A stretch of DNA of 53,465 nt, the filler included, from Sphacelaria rigidula (lineage: Eukaryota): NCBI GenBank assembly GCA_964200075.2. It is 5 parts of 5 records of this genome, joined end to end, with 100 filler letters (N's around TTAATTAATTAA, not from the genome) between each part and the next. Parts side by side here need not be neighbours in the genome. Positions count along the whole stretch, not along the records: positions 32,142 to 42,753 come from CAXNAA020006198.1; positions 42,854 to 53,465 come from CAXNAA020006199.1; 3 more parts are not named here. One strand, written 5' to 3'. Below, one piece after another: positions 39,238-50,814 of this stretch. Both the position numbers and the translations under genes were made by a program. The notes beneath the pieces are model-generated. The model had not been told where the DNA came from and ran no database searches. It was given only the letters and a program-made list of their open reading frames with translations. Positions within the stretch are counted from its first letter, which is position 1; each line of letters begins with the position of its first letter.

Positions 39238-39648
39238 CAATTGAAAGTCATGTTTAAGAGACGTCAAAATGGCTTGGCATACCCCTCTCTTAAACCGTGG
39301 CCCCCACCCTAGCTACAACAGTAGACTGCAAGACCACATCCCTGTGGTGGATCTTTAGAAAGGCCCACGGATATTATCCTGGCACCGGCTGCTGTAAATG
39401 CATGCAGCAAGGGCTTGCCTCTCCTTAGACAGTACCACTATCTATGAATTAGTATGATGGTGTATTTCCGTGATACCTGAAACTATTAAACTGAGGCACA
39501 AATGACGACCACGGTTAGAGTTGAGTTTTGATTCCTACGGGTGCTACAACACCAAATAGTAGACAGTAGACAAATAGCGCTTGAACATCACCACCATCAA
39601 CACTTTGGGTGACATCATAATTGTCCTGGTCCATCCGTTCGTGCTCAC

Positions 39649-39976
39649 ATCGTTCATGGCGTTCACGACGCCTCCCTCCGTGCTCATGGTTGCCGTTGGC
39701 GGCACTGATGACACTGCCGGCATTGCCACCAACTCCGCTCGTAAACCGCCCGCCGTCGCTGCTGCACTTGCTGCTGTAGATCCTTTCAGCGGCGCAACTA
39801 ACGCGGCGTGCCGTGGGGTCCCATGAAGCGGCCGGGGCAACGCTTCATGTTGCTCGTGGTGCAATGTAAGTGACTCGCTGCTGTCCTCGAACAAGATGGA
39901 GTACTCGGTCGGAGGGCTGGGAGATGGGTGTGCGGGTGTCGTGCTACTGCCGCCCGTCTGGCCACCGCGGTGCACG
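39649..39976 (-). CDS. Exon C of same gene
   Basis: CTCCAG|C acceptor (phase 2), GAT|GTGAGC donor (phase 0). Confidence 0.65.
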
Positions 39977-40385
39977 CTGGAGCACATAGCAAACATTGTG
40001 CCATAGAACAGAAGGCGTACAACGGTAGATTCGCGACATGGGAGAAGGGATATCGAGTCAACATGCTATAGCAAAGCCACATCACACGAACCCTGCCTGC
40101 TCACACGCAGCAGCTGGACGAGTGTAAAGTCCAGTGGGTGCGACACGACGCTGCCAACACTGCCTGCCCCCCCACTCGTGATCCTTGATATGGTTGACTG
40201 CTGTCTTCGTCTACGAGTACAAGCAACATTCCAACACGCGAGGTGCATGTGTTCACGCTCCTTGCTGAAATGTAGACATTTAGACATTCATAAACGCAGT
40301 GTTTGCCGTGCAAAACGCATCGGGAACTCGGAACGAACAGTGCATGCTCGAGTATCAAGACGGCCTACTAATAGTGAAGGTGCAC

Positions 40386-40484
40386 CTGCGGCGGATGGGT
40401 CCCCCGTGACCCATCTTCTGCAGAGGTCCCAGCGCGCGCTGTCCGCCCTCCAACGCTGCATCCCTGGCTTTAGATATCCCAAAC
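40386..40484 (-). CDS. Exon B of same gene
   Basis: AAG|G acceptor and CAG|GTGC donor, phase 2/2. Encodes FGISKARDAALEGG. The acceptor choice is uncertain. Confidence 0.5.
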
Positions 40485-40937
40485 CTTAAGGCAACATATA
40501 CACAAGAAGCTCGGTTATCATGGCCCTACTTGAGTTGCGCGGCTAACAACGAGATCGCAACATTCCCGCTGATGCTCCATCAATATCACGATATTACTGC
40601 TGCTCTTGCCGTCATTAATCGTGTTGGCCCTTGTGTACGGCACGGTACGTGGCGTGGGTGAGGGTGCATGAAAGCGTATCGTGGACCAGGTTCTTCATAC
40701 TTTACAAAATAAAGTCAGTACATCTGTAATTCAAAAGCCCTGCTCAAAGCGGCACTGTCTCGATAAGCTGAAATATTCTTCCAACACAGTGCACACCGGT
40801 AGCGGCTTCGTACCCGGTACAAAATGAACCGAGCGCAACATTTCCCTATTGGGAACGATATTAGCAATAAGTACACCAGCACTGTAGTAGGTAGACGAGG
40901 ATGTCTATGGTACCGAACCTGATATATGCATGCTTAC

Positions 40938-41104
40938 CCGATTTCTAGGTCGCAGTCAGGGTCGAAGTTCGGTGATCGGTACTGACCGCTGCTAGCAGCA
41001 ACCTCACTGATGCCGTCGAGCCTAAGATGCAGCCATCGTTTAAAGTCCTGCGTCTTTCCCCATAACCTCGTAACGCTTTCCTGGAGTAGATCGCAACATC
41101 CCAC
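40938..41104 (-). CDS. Exon A (most upstream supported; gene is 5'- and 3'-incomplete)
   Basis: TAG|GTG acceptor (alternative CAG at 41080) and GG|GTAAGC donor. Encodes LLQESVTRLWGKTQDFKRWLHLRLDG. Phase matches exon B. Confidence 0.55.
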
Positions 41105-42753
41105 CTACGTCGGCGTACAGAAACAAGGATACCGCAGACGATTTCAACAACAAGAAGGCTCAGGCGACCGACTGGTTTGCAGTTGCGATCGCGAACGCGG
41201 TTGCGACGTTCATTCCTACGGTGGCCGCAAGACGTTGCTCGTAACCCATGAGCAAGATTTGACCCTTCATGTTGGGACATGTTCAACATCGGACAGTGTA
41301 CTTACTGAAAACAGGGACAGCAGGCGTCCCACCACGAAACTGCTTGGTGCAGCGTCAACTATCATCTGTACAATCCTCTCACCACAGGCAGTACAGTACG
41401 GTAAGTACGGTATATTGTAGTCCCGTCTCGGCCTGCTAAGCGTGCCAAGCGTGCCAAGCGAGCCAAGCGAGTGAAGGGTGAGAACTTCATTTTTCAGGCC
41501 ATTGGCACACCGGCGGCTCGGCGGTTGTGCTTGCGCTGTTCCTCTTCTGACTAATCATGACTGGATATCCGATGGAAATTCCTCGCCTTCATTTCTTCTG
41601 GGGGTGACGTGCCGTAGGCGCAACGTGGGGGTGTGGTTGAGTGGCATTTTGATCATGTGCCAGAGGCTTACGAATACTTTGCCTCCCATTCCCGACAATC
41701 GAGTGAGCAGGATGAGCACAAATTGATACACATACGAGCAACGCGGATGGAACCGCAGCGGTGAGCTTGTCGCCCTCAACAACCTTTTGTCGTCCGTGGC
41801 AAAGCTATCGCGGGGATGCGTATCGCTTCAACACTACATATTGAGCTCGACAGTAGTCAAAGCTGAATGATGCACAGCGCGAAAATGGTGTACCCGCGTT
41901 AGTAAATCATGGTATAGTGCGTTTGCCCACCTCCTGGCCAAAGCCTTCTGCGGTTGCATTAATCAAGCGCCTTAACACTCTCAGGCGTTTTTTCTTCTTC
42001 TCACAATACGCCCTCAAAAATCACCCCCCAACGACTCGCGGGACTGGTAGCAAACAAAAGCTCTCAACATGGTCCCAGGGCATTCAAACTGTTGAACCGT
42101 TGAGCGCCCAATTCTCTCTACTCCGAGAATCCGGTCTGACAGTCTCGCGAATATTGAGAGTATGGCCATTATATACGTCAATGGTCCCCTTATGGTCTCT
42201 GGGTGCCAAATCAGACAGAAGCACCGACACTCTTTCCTGTAATATGGCAAATGTAGCAATCTATGTCCATGATTAAGCGGGTACGTAGGAGTTTATCGGA
42301 CTTTCGCATAACACAGCATAGCACTCGTTGCTGTGTCTATCGAAGGCTCCGTCAGCACAGAGGACGCACACGCTACACCTCCGTATCCCGCGGAGATTGC
42401 TGTACTAATCTATACCCTATTGTCCTGTTCTACCGACGATGCCACGAATACGGGCATTTATTCGATCCAGCGGATCCAGAATCTTTTGTTTTAATATGTT
42501 CCATGTACAAGTAGGTCTCATCATGACAATTTTTCCGATCCCCTCCCGCCAAAAAAATGTATATGCGAGTAGCCAAGCCAACAAAGGCCACCGGTGTGGC
42601 TGGGCCCTACAGGGATAAATATGTGTTGCTCGTGTGTTTTAACCTCTAGGTCTGAGAGATGGATACCGTAATTGTGCGAGTCATCGCACACCCCCTGGAC
42701 CGAATTTCAAAGCTCGATTAGTCGATAACGAAGAGGGTGCCAATACCGAACGA

Positions 42754-42853
42754 NNNNNNNNNNNNNNNNNNNNNNNNNNNNNNNNNNNNNNNNNNNNTTA
42801 ATTAATTAANNNNNNNNNNNNNNNNNNNNNNNNNNNNNNNNNNNNNNNNNNNN
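42754..42853. other. Artificial contig-joining spacer
   Basis: Same linker. Confidence 0.98.
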
Positions 42854-43609
42854 CGGTGCGTCGTACCCCATAGACACTTATATAGGACGTGTTTGTGATG
42901 GGTTTCTTTGTTCTGTTGCATTGCAGTGGGTTGAAGTCGAGTGATGGGGGCGAAGAGATCGCCATGATGTGGAATGATCAAGATACAGTATCCTCACTCC
43001 ACCCCGAAAGAGTCTCACTTGCAGAAGACACGCGGTACCGTCAGCGTCCTTTTGTTGTAGAGTATAGGCACAGTCCCGTCCAGGGCCGCGGAATGCCGCT
43101 GAATTTGCCGGGTGCGAGGATATGCAGGCCAGAGTGCCGTCTCCGAACACCGTGCAGACAACACAGCACGGGGTAGCCAGCGTCTCCCCATCTTCCACGT
43201 GATGACCTACACCCGTATCTAACCGTCTTGAACTGTGAAGCAGAAGTTAAAAGCGCAGGCAAGGAGATCTCCCTGATAAACAGCATAGCAGCGAACACTG
43301 ATGTACAATACGTGGGGTGTCTACATACTTGTACTTTACCCCGATCGCTCCCCTGCGTCCCGCGTCTATGGTGCGTGTGTGCTGCGGGGCGCACCGCTCT
43401 GGTAGCAGCGTCCCATCTACCGTGCAATATCCTGTCCAGGGCTTTTTCGTACGGTGTGTTATGCGACCTAATGCGAGCGTCATATCTTCTGGAAGGGATA
43501 ATTCTTCCTGGTCGTCGCACCAGCGACCGCAGTGGCCCCAAACAAAAGCAACGGGCGACACCTCTACACAAAAAATACTACAAAAGCGATGTGCTGCACA
43601 ACAGTACAG

Positions 43610-43925
43610 TGAGTGTGTTACCGTCCCATTTATTCTGGACGCCAGTCTACCCCTTTCGGCTTTTGTGGGCGCATAAGCCGGGGTCACACAGGAGGACGGT
43701 CAACACAGGAGCTTTTATTTTTTATTTTATTTTTAGCACCCGACCTTCCTTCTGCGGTGCTTGCCTTTTATTTTTTATCGCGAGAGGGATTCAGCAGTCC
43801 CGTTCTCTCGTCGACTGTGAAGTCGAATGTTGTGAGAAAAAATCCCAGATCGCTCCAAGAATCGAACCCCACAACTCAACCACCAGAAGGTTACGAAGAT
43901 ACTATCTGAGCCACCGGGGCGACCG
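43610..43925 (-). mobile_element. tRNA-derived SINE (family C)
   Basis: Minus-strand head GCCCCGG-TGGCTCAGATAG (A-box) ... GGTTCGATTC (B-box), followed by about 240 bp of body. Confidence 0.65.
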
Positions 43926-44032
43926 TATGACGAAGTGAGTCTCCAGATTTATCACCGTTCTCTATGGTGCTGGATCCCTCATATGTTTCTGTAGCACGGG
44001 GAATATCTTGCATCACACCACTCTGCTTTGGG

Positions 44033-45257
44033 TAGGGCTCGGAAATTGTGTGTCTAACCATCAACCAGTTAAATGGCTACGCGTAGCGCAACCATTAACC
44101 AGTTATAACGCTTGGACTGCGAGGGTAGTCCATCTGGATAGTGCATAGTGTTTCAAGTTCAATTGATGCCGATCGATCCAGCGTATGACCTACTCTCGCC
44201 GTCCGAAGAGGTTGAAAAATGGTACATAATGGTTTGGTCCTCGAGCGGCGCAGCCGCTAGCCAAAAAGCCCTCACCGGCAGAGGGGACCCGCCGGAGGGC
44301 CCCGCTGGAGGCGCCGTGCCGGAGGCACGTTCTTGCGTGACTTGGCTCCACGAGAGCAAAAAAGTGCGTTGAATCTGGGGCAAATTTCAAGGGCTGTGTG
44401 TAGCGTATACGTAGCCGTTAACGGCTTTGTAAAGGGTACCAGTGTGGGTACGGGAGTGTTTCCTTAGGTGTGTTTTATTAGCCGCCCATGAATTTATGGG
44501 TAAAGAAAAACTTAGTTTTCGCTCCTTTTGAGGATAAATCCTCGCAGCTGTAATAGAGGTTCGTCTGGGTGGGTCATTGTCATGAGGACCATATTAACCT
44601 GTTGCCATGCCGCCTCTGACCCGTTGACGTGTCTAGCTAGAGTGCATGACATTTCAGGTTATTTCAAGACTGCAGGTCTGTTCAGAGTTGGTCAGATACG
44701 AGTGTGAACTCGTATGTAGCGAGGGATGATAGTCGATGGGTTCGCCCTTGGTGATCACATCGCTTCATCCCGATCAGGAAACTCTCACATCTTCGGTGAG
44801 ACTGATTGATTGAGCGAGAGAGATTGGGCCCTGCGAGAAGTACTTGAAAGATAAAGGGATTAAGCAATCAAGAAGTGATACTATGATACCTACGCGTGAA
44901 CCTGATTTGATACCTCGGATATATGACATCAGCGTCGTACGCTACATAATTCTTCTTTGCCTCTCAGCTGGTGTGTTAGGCCTCTTGTTTGATCCTCCTG
45001 CCTTGCTAGTGAGGCGTGTTTACCCTACACCCAGCTTAACCCCTTTACCCTACCGTCGATCTGCACTCTAGCTAGACCCGTCAGCAGATCAGAGGCGGCA
45101 TGACAAAAGTTTGATACGGTCCTCATGACAGCCTATTTGTAAAGTCGGTAACGGTAAATGATGGTTTGAAACCATTATCCAACTTTCTCATATAACCATT
45201 ATAATCACCATCATAATGTTAATGGTCAGTTATAGCTGGTACCATTTCCGAGCTCTA
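44033..45257. mobile_element. hAT-type non-autonomous element carrying nested insertions
   Basis: 17-bp TIRs TAGGGCTCGGAAATTGT / ACCATTTCCGAGCTCTA and a perfect 8-bp TSD GCTTTGGG (44025-44032, 45258-45265). Confidence 0.9.
44578..45130. mobile_element. Non-autonomous element with about 69-bp TGT...ACA TIRs (Ginger-like?)
   Basis: TGTCATGAGGACC...CTAGCTAGAGTGCA is mirrored by TGCACTCTAGCTAG...GGTCCTCATGACA. No TSD resolved. Confidence 0.8.
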
Positions 45258-45357
45258 GCTTTGGGTCAGGACATGCAACTGAAGTCCTATCATGTCCGTT
45301 GAAATATTGCGTATATCCTACTGAGAAAAACAAATGTTCAGGCCCATTATTATCGAC

Positions 45358-45615
45358 TATAGCCCCCGCCAGACGATCTGGACAAGAGGACTATCAACGA
45401 GGGACTCCTCCAGTAGCACTGGCCTCGTGCTCGACAAGTCCTTTCTTCTCACTTTTTATCATCACGGAGTGATCCTCAACAGACCACATCACGAGCCAGA
45501 CAGCAAGGGGCCACACAGATAAGGGCCATCAATCCAGGATCCCCTGTCACCTACCACTGCTCCAATCATGCATGCGGTTATACTGAAACCTGCGGCTTGG
45601 TATCATTCGGCTACA
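45358..45615 (-). repeat. 3' LTR of Gypsy element 2
   Basis: Direct repeat of 47998-48255. Confidence 0.95.
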
Positions 45616-45693
45616 GCATCCTCAAAGCGAGTTCAAGACAAACGAACGAGCTTAACAACCAACAAAAACCAAGGCGAAATCGCATGCACCAGA

Positions 45694-46791
45694 TCACGAA
45701 GAAATACCATACTCCGACGCTAATTGACTTGTCAGCGCCCGAGTCAACCGCATGTTACGCAGTTTCTTTAAAAAAAATTCAGGCGCAGAAGAATGAATCT
45801 TGCGAAGAGACTCCCACGCACGTTCTTCAGCACCAAACCCTTCCCAATCGACCAAAACAATGACATCACCATTGTCGTCGTCAGCGACGTGAACCAAAGC
45901 ATTCATCCGACATTCACCTTAAGCATGCGAATGCTGAAATATATGTCTTAGTTCCACAATCATGTGCAACTGCGAGTCAGCATAGAATTGTAAACGAGAG
46001 ACATGGGCCGAGTGTACGGCGCCAGAAACGATGTTCCGCACCGAATACACGTGAGCGTGATCGGCTCCGACCACTCGCCACGGACCTGTCCATGTGGACA
46101 TCAACTTTGGCGTCACATCTTGCCTCCGAACACGGGCATACAAAAGGAAATCGCCAACTGCGAACTTGGGCAACACAATCTGGCCCTGAGCAAGCTTGCG
46201 TTTGGTTTCGCGAGACATCGCGACAGTAGCTTGCACCTCGTTACAAAACCGCACTTGCTCGTCAACCACGCCTCGAACCTTGTCACGCAATGAATCAGCA
46301 TCCATGACATCGGCGTTCCACTCATCGCCAGTGACAGAAACCAGCGCGGAAAACGCTGTCCGCGGCGCACGCCCAAACATCACATAATACGGAGTGTTAC
46401 GATAGCGTTCACGGAAGGAAGTATTTAACGCCCACTGAGCGGCTGGCAAAACATCAACCCATTCAGACACCAGCCGTCGTTGTTCCGACAAAATGGACCG
46501 CAACGCACGAATAACCTCTTTCACAATTCGTTCACAAGCACCATTCGACCAAGGGGTATACGCAACAGCAAATTGGTGTTGCACCTTGAGCGCGTTTAGC
46601 TGCGCGATCACTCGATTCTTTAAGTGCGTGGCGGTATCACTAACCCGAACACGCGGCACCCCCAAAGCCTTGCACCAATGGAGCAAGTGCTTAGCCGTAA
46701 CCTCGGCGGTGCAAACCTCGGTCGGCTCCAAGCAAACGAAATTGGACAAATCATCCATGATAACCAAAACGTACACTGCCCGCCCCGACAC
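45694..46791 (-). pseudogene. Integrase core (N-terminally truncated) + chromodomain
   Basis: YVLVIMDDLSNF, SDTATH, ERIVKE and WTGPWR motifs; chromodomain LVDWEGFGAEERAWE. Confidence 0.9.
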
Positions 46792-46799
46792 GGACGAAC

Positions 46800-47793
46800 C
46801 ATAAGATCCAGAGTCACCACCTGATGAAGTAGCGGAAGAAATAGCAGCGGAAAAACCACCATCCGCCGCCGATTGCTTGCCACCGCGGCCGCGGCGCCCG
46901 CGTCCTTGGTTGGCACGGCCCCGTCCACCGTGACGACCGCCTCGAGATCCTGATGAATCTCGCGCATTTGCTTGAGCAGCGCCTCAAGCGCGAGGCGTGG
47001 GGCAGTCTTTGATGAGATGTCTGGTGTCGCCGCAGTTGTAACAAGGGCGAGTGGACGACGCTCGTGAAGACGGCTGCTGTTTCTATCGCTGTTGCTGTTT
47101 GCGGCGCGCACTACCTACACTTGCCGCAGAATCACGCCGGCCATGTGCCTCAATGAATTTCTACTGGTCGGTGGCATCAAATATTTTGTGGAACACCACC
47201 GTCGGGTTTTTCTTCCAGCCGTCAACATACGTTAGCACACTTCTAACATACGCCTTAAATTTCGGAGGCAAAATCCCGTCCACCAAAGCTATGGAAACCG
47301 ACTCGGCCGGGCCTGGCAACCAGCTCCTGTCCTCCGCACGGTACATGACTTGCACCGTGAGGTTGTCTGCGAAAGACCTTTCCATCGATGAATTGACCAT
47401 CATCGCACGATCCTTGACAGATGTTCCACCGCTTTGTGGCATAGTAAAAAGTCTGCATAGGTCTGCTGCAGCCCGCGCAGTGTCATGCTTGCCGCCGGTT
47501 GTGGTGTACCTAGCATGCTGCTTCACAGCATCTAGCAGTTCGTCGGGAGTCATAGCCCGACGGTCCTTGTACATGCCTTCAAAGCATCGGTGAATATGTG
47601 TTGGAATAAGTTGTCCGATGCTCACCCTGGCATGTCTTATGACTCCTTGAGCATTGGCCAAATGCAACCTCTCGAAATAGTCGAGATATTCGGCCCGAAA
47701 AACTCTTGAGGCTTCCTCAGTCCACACTTCGCCATACTTTGGCAGTTCTAGTGGCTCACTTAACACCAGTGGCGCTGCCGCCGCTTGAGGCAT
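46800..47793 (-). pseudogene. gag with CCHC zinc knuckle (in-frame stops)
   Basis: ORF 47161-47793 continues past stops to CYNCGDTRHLIKDC (about 47002-47043) and an RG-rich tail. Confidence 0.85.
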
Positions 47794-47997
47794 GTCGTCT
47801 AGGATTCACCACTTCACGGAGAGACTCTTGCCTGACTTGTGCGTCCTCCAGCCCACGGAGCGTCCTCCACTGCAGTGTGCTTAAAGTCGGTTTCAAGTTC
47901 GTCTCTTGGACTGTAAGCCAAGCTGGCTTCCAGCTGTGGCCCCTCTCCTCATCCAAACTCCTCCAACATAGTGCCGAAAAGAAAAATATCTAGATAG

Positions 47998-48255
47998 TGT
48001 AGCCTCTGCCAGACGACCTGGACAAGAGGACTATCAACGAGGGACTCCTCCAGTAGCACTGGCCTTGTGCTCGACGAGTCCTTTCCTTTAAATTGTTATT
48101 ATCACGGAGTGATCCTCAACAGACCACATCACGAGCCAGACAACAAGGGGCCACACAGATAAGGACCATCAATCCAGGATCTCCTGTCCCCTGCCACTGC
48201 TCCAATCATGCATGCGATTATACTGAAACCTACGGCTTGGTATCAATTGGCTACA
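47998..48255 (-). repeat. 5' LTR of Gypsy element 2
   Basis: Direct repeat of 45358-45615. Confidence 0.95.
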
Positions 48256-50371
48256 CGACGCGGGTTTTTCAGAGACCTCCGAATTTATCAGACATGTCAG
48301 ACTCTGCGTTCGGGCTTCTCCAACAATGAAGCGGCTTACTCTTTCCTCCGAAGCTTCATTTCTGGCCAAGTCTGAAAGATACCCAGCACTTCGGAGAAAT
48401 GTCCTGCGCGTACGCCGTGGCGCTCACGAGCTTTCGAGGATCATCAGTTATTGCCATCGATAGAGAGTTTTGGAAAAACGCATTTTTATCATTTCAGAGT
48501 GCAAATATCCAGAATCAGAGTGCAAAAAATAAAAAAATACATATCAAAAAAAAGTTGAGGGGATGACAAAAAAGGCTTTTTCGAATCTCTGTAATGTTCG
48601 GAAATTTCAGATATCTCCAAAAAACGGTGTCGATAATGACGGGCCTTAGTCGTCACCACAGCAATCCTCGTCCTCCCCCGCTCCTCCTCATCATACATCG
48701 TTATAGAAGAAGCGAGAACAACAGCAGCGGTAGTAGCAGCAGCACCCCATGCCCGAGGTCCCCTGCTCCTTCATAATGTGCGGTATTAACTGGTCGAGAG
48801 AGGACAAAATCTGGTGCCAGTCTTCGACCGGCCTATGACTTGCGCGACATCGCGTCAGGCATAGAGCGGTGGCATATATTTGCAGCCTCTCCGGAACCGA
48901 TTTTTCCTGCGCGCCGGGGTGGCTTTGCGTGTAGGCCGTTGGCTTCTGCCCGCATAGCTCAGGATCGGTTTTGCTGAAACACAAGTAAATATATTTTCAA
49001 CAACATATAGGTGATGGAGAATACTCTAAATAAACTACTTATGTTGTGCTACTGACCCATGCATTTCACGCAGGTTTGCGTCAGAGAGAAATCGGCAACA
49101 CAGCGGGCCGCGATGGAGTGCATGGTGGGGATTGACATGACCATTATGTTGTTCGACAGCGCCCATGAAAGCTACCGTGCTGTACTGCCGTGTCATGTTT
49201 CAGAGCATATGTACGCATATATTTGCATGATATATATGCGTACATATGTCGACAGCCCACGCCCTTCCACTGCTAACTAAGGTAGTCTGTCGTTTCAGCG
49301 AACTCGAAAAGCATGGGGCCGGTCACCCCCTGTTGCTGACGGCACTGCGCCCCCTCCATGCGTACGCACTTCACCTTTCCATAATCGGTGTATACCCGGC
49401 GTAAGTACAGTGCGGGAGCTTGTGAATGTACAGTAACAACGAGGAAATCAGCTATTTCCACTATCTCCGCGCTCTTATTGTCGACACACGTGAAGTCCCT
49501 TGTTAATATAGGCCGAACGCTGCCAGTCATATGAGGAAGCTTGTGCATGAACGAGAGCTAGCAAAACCGTGCATGGCGTTTCCTGTGGGCAGTTGAGGCG
49601 CCGGGGTTGGGGACAAAACTTGATACAACGGTATGCTGGAGCAAAATGGAAAGATCCATGATGTACTGTCGCCCTCACACTCTCGCTGCGGCAGACCAAA
49701 AGTAATTCAACGGCTTCACTCATCCGTCTATCCTCACTCCTATCCCTGCCGACCATACACACGGTCGTTGCCTTGTGTCCGCGGAAGACTGGAGCACATG
49801 CGGCATGTACACCAAGAGAAGAGCAAGCCGGTCCCATGGTTTGAATAAGTACTATTGCACCGTTCCGCCATGATCCACTACCAACTCATCAGGCGAAAGC
49901 CCTCAATTGTGGCCGTCGTAATACCACCGATCGATGTCACCAGCCCACAGCACTACGGATGACGGGAACGTGGATAACTCCCACCGCAGCAACACTCTCA
50001 AGGCCAGGTATTCAAGAAGGCATGGTGATCTACTCGCGACGTCGAGGGCTATAATGTCGCCGTTGAAATGTTTAAAAGCTAGGAAGACGACTTCTTCCGT
50101 TTGACGGTTTTAGTATATCCATTGTCACCTCGTCCCACCGGCGGTAAATCTGGTGGTATGGGCGAATGCCGTGGGCTCGAGTCCCGGCAGTACTGAGGTC
50201 ATTGTTCTCGTTGCCGTCGCTCTAAAAAATGATCAAAATATGAACACTCACTGGCGGAAAATATATAAGAGGATAGCTCTAGAAGACGAAAATGGAAGAG
50301 CTGCGGAAGCGCCGACCCAAGGATCGATATTATAGTGGACGGCAAGTACCGCGGGCGAAAGACGCGTTGAC

Positions 50372-50814
50372 CCCTCGAGACCATGCCATGCCAATCATCG
50401 AAGTTGAGGATGAATATTTTCATTCAGGATGATAAGCCGGGAAATTTAAATCGTCGCTTCCACACCAATTTTTCGAGGTATGATTCTATTCCTCCATCTG
50501 CTGGTAGTTTTTGACAACTACTACGCGTCATACGGATTTGGATTCCGATTACCGAAATTTGAGGGTCCTAGGTGAAAAAGAAACCGATAGGAATTTACGT
50601 GATCCGTCGGGATCCGTTGGGATCCGTCGGTCATCGGAATCCAAAATTTTATCGCGTGTAGCAGTTGTCAATACCTACCAGCAGATGAAGGAGTAGAATC
50701 ATATCTTGAAGAATTGGTGTGGATGCGAAGGTTTCATTTTTCCGGGTTATCATCCTCAATGAAAAGCTCCTTCCTCAATGTCTATTATCGGCAGTTATCA
50801 ACGGGTCTCGAGGG
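50372..50814. mobile_element. Foldback/MITE-like element related to 697-1140
   Basis: Inverted arms share TCCACACCAA, TTTTGACAACTACTAC and GGGTCCTAGGTGAA with the first copy. Outer ends are CCCTCGAGACC / GGTCTCGAGGG. Confidence 0.8.

Larger units (their letters stand above)
45358..48255 (-). mobile_element. Ty3/Gypsy LTR element 2, non-autonomous (gag + integrase + chromodomain only)
   Basis: 258-bp LTR pair with T(G/A)TAGCC...GGCTACA ends and a CGAC 4-bp TSD (45354-45357 / 48256-48259). No PR, RT or RNase H. Confidence 0.95.
45341..48645. mobile_element. PIF/Harbinger-like MITE (about 400 bp) split by Gypsy element 2
   Basis: After removing the LTR element, the left TIR GGCCCATTATTATCGAC|GCGGGTTTTTCAGAGA matches the reverse complement of the right end, GGCCCGTCATTATCGACACCGTTTTTTGGAGA. 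Flanks are TCA and TTA. Confidence 0.65.

Noticed and set aside
43330..43510. WTGYCTVDGTLLP resembling the Harbinger transposase DGT motif
   Set aside because: The downstream motifs (RK..YS.N.Q) are absent. A single short match is insufficient.
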